This document shows, in pieces, positions 48,600 through 57,447 of a stretch of 64,000 bases of DNA. The notes under the pieces were generated by a model. It made no database searches. It was given only the letters and a program-made list of their open reading frames with translations, and had not been told where the DNA came from. The stretch lies in the NCBI GenBank assembly GCA_045642085.1, contig JAZUIF010000107.1:267-64266 (forward strand). The letters are read 5' to 3'. The translations under genes were made by a program, and so were the position numbers. Each line of letters begins with the position of its first letter. Position 1 is the first letter of the stretch. Origin of the DNA: Paludibacteraceae bacterium. Its GTDB lineage: Bacteria > Bacteroidota > Bacteroidia > Bacteroidales > Paludibacteraceae.

Positions 48600-49328
48600 A
48601 TGTTAAGAAATAAAATAAAAAACATAATTGTTGGGTTAGTCCTGGCAATACTTCCAATGATTGCAAATGCGCAGCCCCGCTATATAGGAGAAGTCGGTTT
48701 GCGTGGAGGTATCGCGTTCTACAATGGAGACATCAATTCATCAAAGATATTTCGTGATGTTTCTCCAGCTGCTGGAGCATTCTTACGTTTCAAGGCTAAC
48801 GATTATATGAATTTCAAACTGGATGTAGGATTCGCCAACCTAAAGTGTGACGCCAGAGATTATCCAGACAACGCAATGCCAGCTGTAGACAATACAGACG
48901 GTAGTGGCATTTATCCGTTTGCATTTGAAAAACGAATCGTGAGCATTGATGCCCTTATCATCTGGAACTTCTTCAGATTTGGCATACCAAACTACGACAA
49001 AGATGTGAAACGTCACACCCCTTATGCAATGCTTGGACCTACAGTATCATATGCCAACGAATGGAGTGGAGGAATCTTCAGAGCCGGTATAGCTTTTGGC
49101 GCAGGATACAAGTTCAAAGTAAGCCAGAGAGTGAACGTAGGAATAGAGTTCACAATGCATAAACTATTCTCAGACGACTTGGATATCAGCGAATATGATT
49201 ATTTGGACGATCCATATAAGATGAGAAGTTCAGGATATAAAAACAATGACTATTACTCTCAATTGTTAGGATTCATCTCATTTGATGTGTTCAAGAAGAG
49301 AGGAGCATGTAGATATATAGGAAAATGA
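48600..49328 (+). CDS. DUF6089-like outer-membrane beta-barrel protein
   Basis: Signal peptide ending ANAQ after the MLRNKIK start; position upstream of uppS-bamA is typical for Bacteroidota. Confidence 0.6.
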   Translation: MLRNKIKNIIVGLVLAILPMIANAQPRYIGEVGLRGGIAFYNGDINSSKIFRDVSPAAGAFLRFKANDYMNFKLDVGFANLKCDARDYPDNAMPAVDNTDGSGIYPFAFEKRIVSIDALIIWNFFRFGIPNYDKDVKRHTPYAMLGPTVSYANEWSGGIFRAGIAFGAGYKFKVSQRVNVGIEFTMHKLFSDDLDISEYDYLDDPYKMRSSGYKNNDYYSQLLGFISFDVFKKRGACRYIGK

Positions 49329-50062
49329 GTATAAAAGAAAAAATAGATATGAATCGTTTGCCAAAACATGTGGCATTAATCATGGATGGCAACGGACGTT
49401 GGGCAAAAGCACAAGGTAAAGAGAGAATTTTCGGTCATCACGAAGGCGTTGACTCGGTCGACAAAGTGATGGAGGCAGCCGCTGAGATCGGCATCGACTA
49501 TATCACTCTTTACGCATTCAGCACAGAGAATTGGAACCGCCCTAAAGCGGAGGTCGACGCACTGATGGAGATTTTTGCGTCAGCCATCACCACTTATGCT
49601 GACAAAGCAAAGGAAAACAACGTCAGAATCTTGATCATTGGAGACAAGTCGCGCCTTAACGAGAAGACAATGTCTAAGCTTAACGAAGGAATGGCAAAAA
49701 CAGCTGCCTGCACTGGTCTGACAATGGTACTTTGCATCAGCTACTCTTCCCGTTGGGAGATTATTGAAGGTGTGAAGGAGATCGCTCGCAAAGCAAAGAA
49801 CGGAGAAATCAATATCGACGACATCAATGAAGAGATGATTTCCAACAGCCTTGCCACAAAAGGCATACCTGATCCCGACTTGCTAATCCGTACAAGTGGA
49901 GAACAGAGAATCAGCAACTTCTTGATGTGGCAGTTGTCGTATTCAGAATTGTATTTTACAGATATTCCTTGGCCAGAATTCAAGAAAGAACAGTTTTACG
50001 AGGCTATTTACAAGTATCAGAACCGTGAAAGAAGATTCGGCAAGACAAGCGAACAGTTGTAA
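49325..50062 (+). CDS. uppS: Undecaprenyl-diphosphate synthase
   Basis: HVALIMDGNGRWA, FSTENW and RTSGEQRISNF motifs. Confidence 0.96.
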   Translation: MSIKEKIDMNRLPKHVALIMDGNGRWAKAQGKERIFGHHEGVDSVDKVMEAAAEIGIDYITLYAFSTENWNRPKAEVDALMEIFASAITTYADKAKENNVRILIIGDKSRLNEKTMSKLNEGMAKTAACTGLTMVLCISYSSRWEIIEGVKEIARKAKNGEINIDDINEEMISNSLATKGIPDPDLLIRTSGEQRISNFLMWQLSYSELYFTDIPWPEFKKEQFYEAIYKYQNRERRFGKTSEQL

Positions 50063-50074
50063 TAAAGAAAAGAA

Positions 50075-52801
50075 ATGAAGATTTACAAAACAATAGTCAG
50101 TGTAATTGCTTTAACTTGCTCAATGGTCTTGTCGGCACAAACAGAGGCGGCAGATTCATTGAAAAGTAAGGCTGATACGGTTGTTGCGACTGTTGACACT
50201 ACCAGTATCGTAACACCCCAGTCTCAGACAAGCGAGACACCGACTATCACATATTCTACAAACGCAAAGACTTATACCATACAGGCAATAAAGGTCGTAG
50301 GAGCAGGATCCTACGATGAGAAAGTTGTTGCAAACTATTCCGGACTTTATGTCGGTCAGAGGATCAAAATTCCAGGAAAAGATTTTTCAAATGCCATCAA
50401 ACGCTTTTGGAAACAAGGTTTGTACTCCGACGTGAAGATCTACGCCACAAAAATCGAAGGCGACAAGGCATGGTTGGAGATCGCTGTTAAGCCTCGTCCA
50501 CGTATTTCAAGCATCTCATATTCAGGTGTGAAGAAAAAAGACAAGGAGGATTTCGACAAATCTATCGGTTTGACTACTGGCAGCCAAGTCTCTCAGAACA
50601 TGCTTGACAGAGCTGAAGGTATCATCAAAAGAACTTACGACTCTAACGGATATCAGAATGCAGATGTAAAAATCAGCTTGACTGATGATCCTGAAAAAGA
50701 AGGATATGTAATTGTAAATGTGGATGTTGACAAAAAAGAGAAAGTCAAGATCTATAGAATCAATATTGAAGGCAATGACAGTGTGCCTGCTCGCAAACTA
50801 AAACATGCGATGAAGGACACAAAGGAGAAGCATATTATTCCGAACCTGTTCAAGTCGAAGAAATTTGTGCAATCCAACTATAATGCCGACAAGATCAACC
50901 TTATAGATAAATACAACGAATATGGTTACCGTGACGCTGAGATTATTTGCGACAGCGTATATCAGTCGCCAAAGAAACCAGAAAGAGTGGATATCTATAT
51001 CAAAGTCAACGAAGGTAGAAAATACTACATACGCAATATCATTTGGGTAGGAAACACTGTCTATTCAGAAAACTTGTTGAATGCGACTCTTGGAATGAAA
51101 AAGGGAGATGTGTACAACAAAAAACAGATGAGCGAGCGTTTGCTTGAAGACGAAGATGCAGTCTCTAGCCTCTATCTTGACAATGGATATCTTTTCTTCA
51201 ATGTGGATCCAGTAGAGGTGAACATTGATGGAGACTCAGTAGACGTTGAGATGCGTATCTATGAAGGAAGACAGGCGATGATCAACAATGTTGTCATCTC
51301 AGGTAATGAGGCTATCTATGAGCATGTCATCCGACGTGAGCTAGATACAAAACCAGGTCAGCTATTCAGCAAATCTAATTTGCAGCGTTCTGCCCGTGAG
51401 CTTGCAGCATCAGGACACTGGGATCCAGAGAAACTTGATATCCGTCCGGTACCAGATCCAGAGAATGGAACTGTAGACATCATCTATAATCTAGAGCAGA
51501 AGCGTAACGACCAGGTAGAATTGTCGTTCGGTTATGGTCAGACAGGATTCAATGGAACATTGGGACTTAAGTTTACAAACTTCTCTCTACGCAATATCAC
51601 AAACAAAGAGGAATATAAACCATTGCCACAGGGAGATGGTCAGCAGTTGTCGTTGTCGTTCACAACAAGTGGACGAAGCTATCAGAGCGCAGCATTGTCA
51701 TTCATGGAGCCTTGGTTGGGAGGAAAACGACCTATCAGTTTGTCTACTTCTATCTTCTTCTCTAACCAGACAGATATCAGCACTAGATATGAGGACTATG
51801 ATTACGCAGATTATTTGAATTCAGGAATAGGACTCGGATCATACACAGCCAACTCAACATATCGTTATGAGTCGGATCCAGATGAGTATATCAGAACACT
51901 AGGTGCTTCTTTAGGAATCGGAAAGAGATTGAAATGGCCAGACGACTACTTCTCATTGTATTATGAGTTTGCTTACCGTCATTATAAATTGAAGGATTGG
52001 GAATACTTCACCCTTCACAACGGACACGCCAACAACCTACGTCTTGGTGTAACTTTGGCAAGAAACTCTATCGACAACCCATATTATACTCGTCGTGGTT
52101 CGTCTGTGTCGTTGACATTGCAAGCTACTCCTCCTTATTCTAAGTTCATCAAGAACGAGAAGGCAGAGGCACTTCTAATGAAGAAAGATGAAGGTAATAT
52201 CACCGTACCAGAATGTGAGACTTTGAAACAGGAGTTGTTCAAATGGGTGGAATACTATAAGACAGAATTCAAAGCAAAATTGTTCACACCGATTTCAAGC
52301 AACCAGAAGCTAGTGTTGATGACACGTGCTGAATATGGATTCCTAGGTTACTACGATAAGAACCATCGTTCTCCATTCGAGAGATACTACGTAGGAGGAG
52401 ACGGTACTTCAGGAACAAGCAGCACGTATGCTCTAACCACTGTGACATTACGTGGTTATGACAACGGATCATTAACACCACGTGAAAGATTTTATGCAGG
52501 AGACAGAAGTCAGTATGCAGGAAACCTATACTCAAAGTTGTCGTTCGAGTTGCGTTATCCACTAATGCTTGAGCAGGCTGCCACTATCTACGTATTAGCA
52601 TTTGCCGAGGCAGGAAACGCATGGCAGAATTTCAAAGACTTTAACCCATTGGATTTGAAGCGTTCAGCCGGTGCCGGAGTGAGAATCTTCCTGCCTATGC
52701 TTGGATTGCTAGGAGTAGACTATGGATACGGATTTGATAAAGATGTCAATGGAAGACAAGGAGCTCATCAGTGGCACATCGTTATCGGTCAGGAATTTTA
52801 A
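50075..52801 (+). CDS. bamA: Outer membrane protein assembly factor BamA
   Basis: 908 aa; POTRA repeats followed by an Omp85 barrel; synteny with uppS and ompH. Confidence 0.95.
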   Translation: MKIYKTIVSVIALTCSMVLSAQTEAADSLKSKADTVVATVDTTSIVTPQSQTSETPTITYSTNAKTYTIQAIKVVGAGSYDEKVVANYSGLYVGQRIKIPGKDFSNAIKRFWKQGLYSDVKIYATKIEGDKAWLEIAVKPRPRISSISYSGVKKKDKEDFDKSIGLTTGSQVSQNMLDRAEGIIKRTYDSNGYQNADVKISLTDDPEKEGYVIVNVDVDKKEKVKIYRINIEGNDSVPARKLKHAMKDTKEKHIIPNLFKSKKFVQSNYNADKINLIDKYNEYGYRDAEIICDSVYQSPKKPERVDIYIKVNEGRKYYIRNIIWVGNTVYSENLLNATLGMKKGDVYNKKQMSERLLEDEDAVSSLYLDNGYLFFNVDPVEVNIDGDSVDVEMRIYEGRQAMINNVVISGNEAIYEHVIRRELDTKPGQLFSKSNLQRSARELAASGHWDPEKLDIRPVPDPENGTVDIIYNLEQKRNDQVELSFGYGQTGFNGTLGLKFTNFSLRNITNKEEYKPLPQGDGQQLSLSFTTSGRSYQSAALSFMEPWLGGKRPISLSTSIFFSNQTDISTRYEDYDYADYLNSGIGLGSYTANSTYRYESDPDEYIRTLGASLGIGKRLKWPDDYFSLYYEFAYRHYKLKDWEYFTLHNGHANNLRLGVTLARNSIDNPYYTRRGSSVSLTLQATPPYSKFIKNEKAEALLMKKDEGNITVPECETLKQELFKWVEYYKTEFKAKLFTPISSNQKLVLMTRAEYGFLGYYDKNHRSPFERYYVGGDGTSGTSSTYALTTVTLRGYDNGSLTPRERFYAGDRSQYAGNLYSKLSFELRYPLMLEQAATIYVLAFAEAGNAWQNFKDFNPLDLKRSAGAGVRIFLPMLGLLGVDYGYGFDKDVNGRQGAHQWHIVIGQEF

Positions 52802-52824
52802 TGTGTAACATCAACTAAAGAAAT

Positions 52825-53361
52825 ATGAGCAAATTAGCATCAAAAATATTAGTGGCAATCGTAATGCTTGCATATTCAGCAAGCAGTTTTGCACAATTCA
52901 GCGGAGGCAAGGTGGCTATTGTCGACGTGGAGTATATCTTGAAGAATATGCCTATGTATGAGTCGGCCAACGAGCAGATAAAGCAGATCACTAAGAAGTG
53001 GCAGACTGAGGTTGAGCAGAAACATGAAGAGGCACGTATGCTGCAGAAAAACTATCAGACTGAGGTTGTGTTCTTGTCGGACGAGATGAAGAAAGCCAAA
53101 GAGAAAGATATTCTAGCCAAAGAGAAAGAGGCAAATGATCTTGGAAGAAAATATTTCGGTCCTGAGGGAGAACTCTATAAGAAGAAAGAGAGTTTGATGA
53201 AGCCAATTCAGGATGAGGTATATGTTGCAGTAAAGGATATCGCAGAACAGAAAGGATATACTCTTGTACTCGACAAGACATCAACAGTCGGTATCATGTA
53301 TTATTCTAACAAGATTGATATCAGCGACGATGTCCTAGGCAAACTTGGATACACAAAATGA
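52825..53361 (+). CDS. OmpH/Skp-family periplasmic chaperone (1 of 3)
   Basis: Signal peptide plus coiled-coil Lys/Glu-rich body; follows bamA. Confidence 0.85.
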   Translation: MSKLASKILVAIVMLAYSASSFAQFSGGKVAIVDVEYILKNMPMYESANEQIKQITKKWQTEVEQKHEEARMLQKNYQTEVVFLSDEMKKAKEKDILAKEKEANDLGRKYFGPEGELYKKKESLMKPIQDEVYVAVKDIAEQKGYTLVLDKTSTVGIMYYSNKIDISDDVLGKLGYTK

Positions 53362-53371
53362 TTAGTCAAAT

Positions 53372-53878
53372 ATGAAATATCTATTGACGACATTATCGCT
53401 GTTGCTGACGTTAGCTTTTGTGTCTGCTCAGAACACCCATGTCAAACTTGCGCATTATGATGAGGCTGAAGTCATCAAGATGATGAAGGAGACAGAGACA
53501 GCCGAGCGTACACTGAAAAGTTTGTCGGACCAGTACGAAGCCGAAATGGTGAAGATGGAGGGCGAGTATACACGTAAAGCAGCAGAGTACCAGAAAGAAC
53601 AGTCGCAGTGGGATGAGACAATCAAGAGAGTGCGTATGGAAGAGCTCCACACAATAAAGCTCAAGATGCAGAACTACTACGACATGGCCAGCAAAACATT
53701 GGCAGACAAAAGAAACGATCTATATGTCCCTGTACACAAGAAGATTGAGCAGGCAGTGGCTGAAGTAGCCAAAGAGCAAGGTTTTCTATATGTGTGGGAT
53801 GTGAAAGACTTGAAATACCACTCTCCTCAAGCTGTGGATATTACAAGTATGATTAAGAGAAAATTAGGAATCAAATAA
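53372..53878 (+). CDS. OmpH/Skp-family periplasmic chaperone (2 of 3)
   Basis: Same architecture, 168 aa. Confidence 0.85.
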   Translation: MKYLLTTLSLLLTLAFVSAQNTHVKLAHYDEAEVIKMMKETETAERTLKSLSDQYEAEMVKMEGEYTRKAAEYQKEQSQWDETIKRVRMEELHTIKLKMQNYYDMASKTLADKRNDLYVPVHKKIEQAVAEVAKEQGFLYVWDVKDLKYHSPQAVDITSMIKRKLGIK

Positions 53879-53896
53879 AACTAATAAAAACGAAAT

Positions 53897-54400
53897 ATGG
53901 TAAAAAGACTTTTAGCAGTTCTATTGTGCGTGATGCCACTATTCGCTAACGCGCAGACAGTAAAACTTGGACATCTTGATGTCAACTCTCTTTTCTTGAA
54001 GTTGCCAGAGCTAAAGGATGTAGAGGCTAAGTTGAAGGAAGTTCAGGCTACTTATGAGAAGGAAATGAAGAATTTGGAAGATGAGTATACTCGTAAGGCT
54101 TCTGATTATCAGCAGAACGTAGGTGCTATGGATGAGACAATCAAGAAGAACCGTGAGGAAGAGCTTATGTCACTACAAGAGAAGATGAAGAACTTCTTCC
54201 AGATTGCACAGAATGCATTGCAGCAGAAGCAAGAGGAGCTTCAGAACCCTATCCGTGAGAAGATCCTTGCAGCTATCAAGGCTGTGTCTGAGGAGAACGG
54301 ATTCACTTACGTCTTCGACACAAACGCTCTACTATTCAAGGCTGATAATGCAACTGATATCACTGACCTTGTACTTAAGAAGCTTGGCGTAACAAAATAA
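53897..54400 (+). CDS. OmpH/Skp-family periplasmic chaperone (3 of 3)
   Basis: Same architecture, 167 aa; clearly paralogous to the second copy. Confidence 0.85.
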   Translation: MVKRLLAVLLCVMPLFANAQTVKLGHLDVNSLFLKLPELKDVEAKLKEVQATYEKEMKNLEDEYTRKASDYQQNVGAMDETIKKNREEELMSLQEKMKNFFQIAQNALQQKQEELQNPIREKILAAIKAVSEENGFTYVFDTNALLFKADNATDITDLVLKKLGVTK

Positions 54401-54484
54401 TTTGCAAAAAAGACGGAAAATTGCGTCAAATTATGTAAATTTGTAAAATAATTCAGTTCCCTTGAAAAACAAGGGGACTATTTT

Positions 54485-54557
54485 ACGGAATTAGCTCAGT
54501 TGGTAGAGCACTGGTCTCCAAAACCAGGTGTCGGGAGTTCGAGCCTCTCATTCCGTG
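54485..54557 (+). tRNA. tRNA-Trp (anticodon CCA)
   Basis: ACGGAATTAGCTCAGTTGGTAGAGC..CTCCAAA loop..GGGAGTTCGAGCCTCTCATTCCGTG. Confidence 0.93.
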
Positions 54558-54563
54558 CATTGT

Positions 54564-54596
54564 AGAGACGTGGCATACCGCGTCTCTTATGTTTTT
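54564..54596 (+). terminator. Terminator after tRNA-Trp (AGAGACGTGG-CATA-CCGCGTCTCT plus T run)
   Basis: 10-bp stem with one G:U-type mismatch, followed by TATGTTTTTT. Confidence 0.7.
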
Positions 54597-54616
54597 TAGA
54601 ATAGCGGTGGTATAAA

Positions 54617-54636
54617 AGACGTACGTCCATGCGTCT
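54617..54636. repeat. Second, shorter GAGACG-family hairpin
   Basis: AGACGTA-N6-TGCGTCT, followed by CTAC. Confidence 0.4.
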
Positions 54637-54680
54637 CTACGAGAAACACCATTATTAACAATTAACCATTAGCAATAAAA

Positions 54681-55505
54681 ATGAAGGGTTCAATTGGAGT
54701 TTTTGATTCAGGGTTTGGCGGACTAACAATCCTGAAAGAGATAATGAAAGTGATGCCAGAATACGATTTTCTGTTTCTTGGCGACAACGCTCGTGCTCCA
54801 TACGGAACTCGTTCATTTGATATTGTATATGAATACACTCGTCAGTGTACTAAATATTTGATGGATCACAATTGTCCGCTTGTGATTCTTGCCTGCAACA
54901 CAGCTTCAGCAAAAGGACTACGTACAATCCAGCAGAAGGATCTGCCAACTTGGAATCCACAGGACAGAGTATTGGGTATCATCCGTCCGACTGTAGAAAA
55001 TATTCTTCAACGCACTAAGACTAAGCACATCGGCCTTTTCGGCACAACAGGAACAATCAACAGTAATACCTATCCACTAGAGTTTGCCAAGACAGATCCG
55101 GAAGTTGTGGTAAACGGTTGTGCATGCCCTATGTGGGTACCATTAGTGGAGAATGGTGAATACGACTCTCCTGGTGCTGATTATTTCATTGAGAAGAAAG
55201 TCAACGAGTTGATGGAAATGGACTCACAAATTGACACAATAATTCTCGGATGCACACACTATCCACTGTTGTTGCCAAAAATCGAGAAGTATGTGCCTTC
55301 ACATGTCGCCATAGTATCGCAGGGGAAAATAGTGGCAGACAGTTTGAGAGACTATCTCAACCGTCATCCCGAAATGGACGAAAGACTTTCTAAAAACAGC
55401 AATGGTAAGTTTCTCACAACTGAATCAGTCGAGAAATTCCAAACATCAGCTAAAATCTTCTTGAATACAGACAAAACAATCGAAGCAGAAAGAATTATTT
55501 TTTAA
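54681..55505 (+). CDS. murI: Glutamate racemase
   Basis: GVFDSGFGG; catalytic Cys motifs LACNTAS and LGCTHYP. Confidence 0.96.
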   Translation: MKGSIGVFDSGFGGLTILKEIMKVMPEYDFLFLGDNARAPYGTRSFDIVYEYTRQCTKYLMDHNCPLVILACNTASAKGLRTIQQKDLPTWNPQDRVLGIIRPTVENILQRTKTKHIGLFGTTGTINSNTYPLEFAKTDPEVVVNGCACPMWVPLVENGEYDSPGADYFIEKKVNELMEMDSQIDTIILGCTHYPLLLPKIEKYVPSHVAIVSQGKIVADSLRDYLNRHPEMDERLSKNSNGKFLTTESVEKFQTSAKIFLNTDKTIEAERIIF

Positions 55506-55591
55506 TAGAGGTATAATTTCCTAAACCTACGCCTAAAAACTGCACACCTTCTGTCTATCTTTGCATTGTAAATAAAAATAAAAGATATGAG

Positions 55592-55626
55592 TAGGGGCGA
55601 CGCCTTGTGCTCGCCCTTAATTTTTT
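55592..55626 (+). terminator. Probable murI terminator (GGGCGA-N10-TCGCCC plus T run), GTAGGGGC family
   Basis: First hairpin and T run after the murI stop. Confidence 0.5.
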
Positions 55627-55673
55627 ACAATGTGCTCGCCCTTAATTTTTTTGTGCTCATGCTAAATTTTTTT
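55606..55673 (+). repeat. Three tandem copies (the third degenerate) of TGTGCTCGCCCTTAATTTTTT
   Basis: Copies start at 55606, 55631 and 55652; this is a duplication of the terminator 3' half. Confidence 0.6.
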
Positions 55674-55865
55674 ACATTGCGCTAGCCACAATTTTTATAA
55701 AAGGCAGAATCACATCGCAAAAAAACACATTTTTGTCTAAAAAAAGGCGGTTTTGTTAATAAGTCTGCCACTTTATTAACAGTGTTGATTTCTACATCGG
55801 AATTGTTAATAACTGCAGATAGAATAATGCAAAAAGATTGGAAAATGGCGTTACATTTGCATTGT

Positions 55866-55998
55866 AATTCAAACACAGAAGATACACAATATTACATATA
55901 CAAACCAAATGTGATACACAAAATTGTTTTGTAAGTCATTGGAAAATAAGTTCTTTGTTTTGAAAAGAGTCACAAGTGATTGCGACTCTTTTTTGTTT
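55866..55998 (+). ncRNA. Candidate ~130-nt small RNA (promoter-to-terminator unit without an ORF)
   Basis: -7 box TACATTTG at 55852-55859 with the extended motif TTTGCATTGTAATTCA, similar to the tRNA promoters; terminator AAGAGTC..GACTCTT plus T run at 55965-56000. Confidence 0.3.
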
Positions 55999-56068
55999 TT
56001 ATATTTACAGCCTCTGATTTAAGGTACAAAATCTCTTCTTTAGTACTAATTTCTTTCTCTCAATTTTG

Positions 56069-56076
56069 TATCTTTG
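56069..56076 (+). promoter_or_regulatory. -7 box TATCTTTG upstream of the YD-like repeat lipoprotein gene
   Basis: TAnnTTTG 80 nt upstream of the ATG at 56157. Confidence 0.4.
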
Positions 56077-56156
56077 CAGAGTTTAAGTTTGAAAACGCAT
56101 TTTTTCAATGAAGGGCTAAATTGAAAAAGTATTTATAGAGAGAATCCGAACATAAA

Positions 56157-57335
56157 ATGAGGAGATTTAATATTAGGAAGATAATCACAAAAATAACAAG
56201 CACTCTGTTTGCAATCCTAACTATGGCATCATGTATCAATGGAAGTCATGATAAAGGTAACAAAACAGTGTTTGAACTAAAAAGAAATAAAGACAAAGTA
56301 AGAGAGATCAGATCTTACCGTGCTAAAGAGAGTTTAGGAAAGATAGCAAAAGACAATCTAGAAAAACAAAACAAGTACGACGATCAAGGAAATTGTATTG
56401 AGAATTGCACTTACTTTCCAAGTGGGAAACTAGAAACCCGTTACACCTACACATACGACGACAGAGGCAACATGACGGAATCGAGCAAGTACGAATCCGT
56501 TGGTAATATGATTTACAAATACACATCCAAATATGACGACAAAGGCAATAAGTTGGAATGGAGTAAGAGTGATACAACGGGAAACCTGATTTATAAGTAC
56601 GCTTCCAGTTACGATGACAAATGGAACAAGATAGGCTGGAACATGTACAACATGAATGGAGCTCTGATAAGCAAAGGTATTTATAAATGTGATGCCAAAG
56701 GAAATGTGCTAGAATCATACAGTTACACGTCGACAGAAAGCTTAACAAATAAAGAGACTTACAAGTACGATAGAGACGACAACTGTATAGAGAAATGTAG
56801 CTATGAATCAGATGGCAGACTATTCTACAAATACAAAACCAAATATGATAGCAGAAGGCATCTGATAGAGTCATGCAGCTACTCGGCTACTGGTGTCATG
56901 TCGTACAAAGAGACTTACAAATACGATTTCAGGGGAAATTGTATAGAAAAGTGCAGCTATGGACCAGATGGAAAAATCCTTTACAGATATACCAACAAGT
57001 ACGATATCAAGGGCAATGTATTGGAGACATGCAGTTATGATTCAGATGATAATATGTACGACAGGGAGACTTTTAAGTACGATATCAAATGGAGTCTAAT
57101 TGAAAAGTGTAGTTACAAATCAGACGGATGTCTGGTATCTAGAAGCACTTACAAGTACAATTGGAAAGGAGATGAGATAGAGGAATGCATCTATAAATCA
57201 GATGGCAAATTATTATATAAGACTATAACAAAATACGATCACAAAAGAAATAAGACTGAAGAGATAACCACCGCAGGAGAGGATGGTGTTTTTGAAAAAG
57301 GCTTTATAATAGACTATGATTATTATGATGAATAA
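56157..57335 (+). CDS. Lipoprotein built from twelve 26-aa YD/RHS-like repeats
   Basis: Lipobox LTMASC; repeat consensus YDxxGNxIExCSYxSDGxLxYKxTxK in perfect 26-aa register. Confidence 0.75.
   Translation: MRRFNIRKIITKITSTLFAILTMASCINGSHDKGNKTVFELKRNKDKVREIRSYRAKESLGKIAKDNLEKQNKYDDQGNCIENCTYFPSGKLETRYTYTYDDRGNMTESSKYESVGNMIYKYTSKYDDKGNKLEWSKSDTTGNLIYKYASSYDDKWNKIGWNMYNMNGALISKGIYKCDAKGNVLESYSYTSTESLTNKETYKYDRDDNCIEKCSYESDGRLFYKYKTKYDSRRHLIESCSYSATGVMSYKETYKYDFRGNCIEKCSYGPDGKILYRYTNKYDIKGNVLETCSYDSDDNMYDRETFKYDIKWSLIEKCSYKSDGCLVSRSTYKYNWKGDEIEECIYKSDGKLLYKTITKYDHKRNKTEEITTAGEDGVFEKGFIIDYDYYDE
56376..57311 (+). repeat. 12 x 78-bp in-frame tandem repeat array inside the lipoprotein gene
   Basis: The YD motif recurs every 26 codons; the copies are diverged at the DNA level. 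Confidence 0.8.
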
Positions 57336-57412
57336 ATAAGAATATGGTCTATTAAAAAAGCAGCATAGTTCAAATAATTATGCATTGATAATCAATATTT
57401 CCATAAAAATCG

Positions 57413-57420
57413 TAAATTTG
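57413..57420 (+). promoter_or_regulatory. -7 box TAAATTTG upstream of the HAD hydrolase gene
   Basis: 28 nt upstream of the ATG at 57448; supports the internal start. Confidence 0.45.
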
Positions 57421-57447
57421 CAGAAATGCACAAAACGAAAGACAGCA

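Noticed and set aside
52825-54400. Three tandem ompH/skp genes considered as something unusual
   Set aside because: Multiple OmpH paralogs after bamA are the norm in Bacteroidota. A third copy is a simple paralog expansion.
55606-55673. Tandem 21-25-bp repeats, and the 33-bp-spaced repeats at 61325-61408, considered as mini-CRISPR arrays
   Set aside because: There are only 2-3 units, the repeats are 13-21 bp, the spacers are AT-rich flank-like sequence, and there are no cas genes or leader. They fit terminator duplication and operator/iteron-like sites better.
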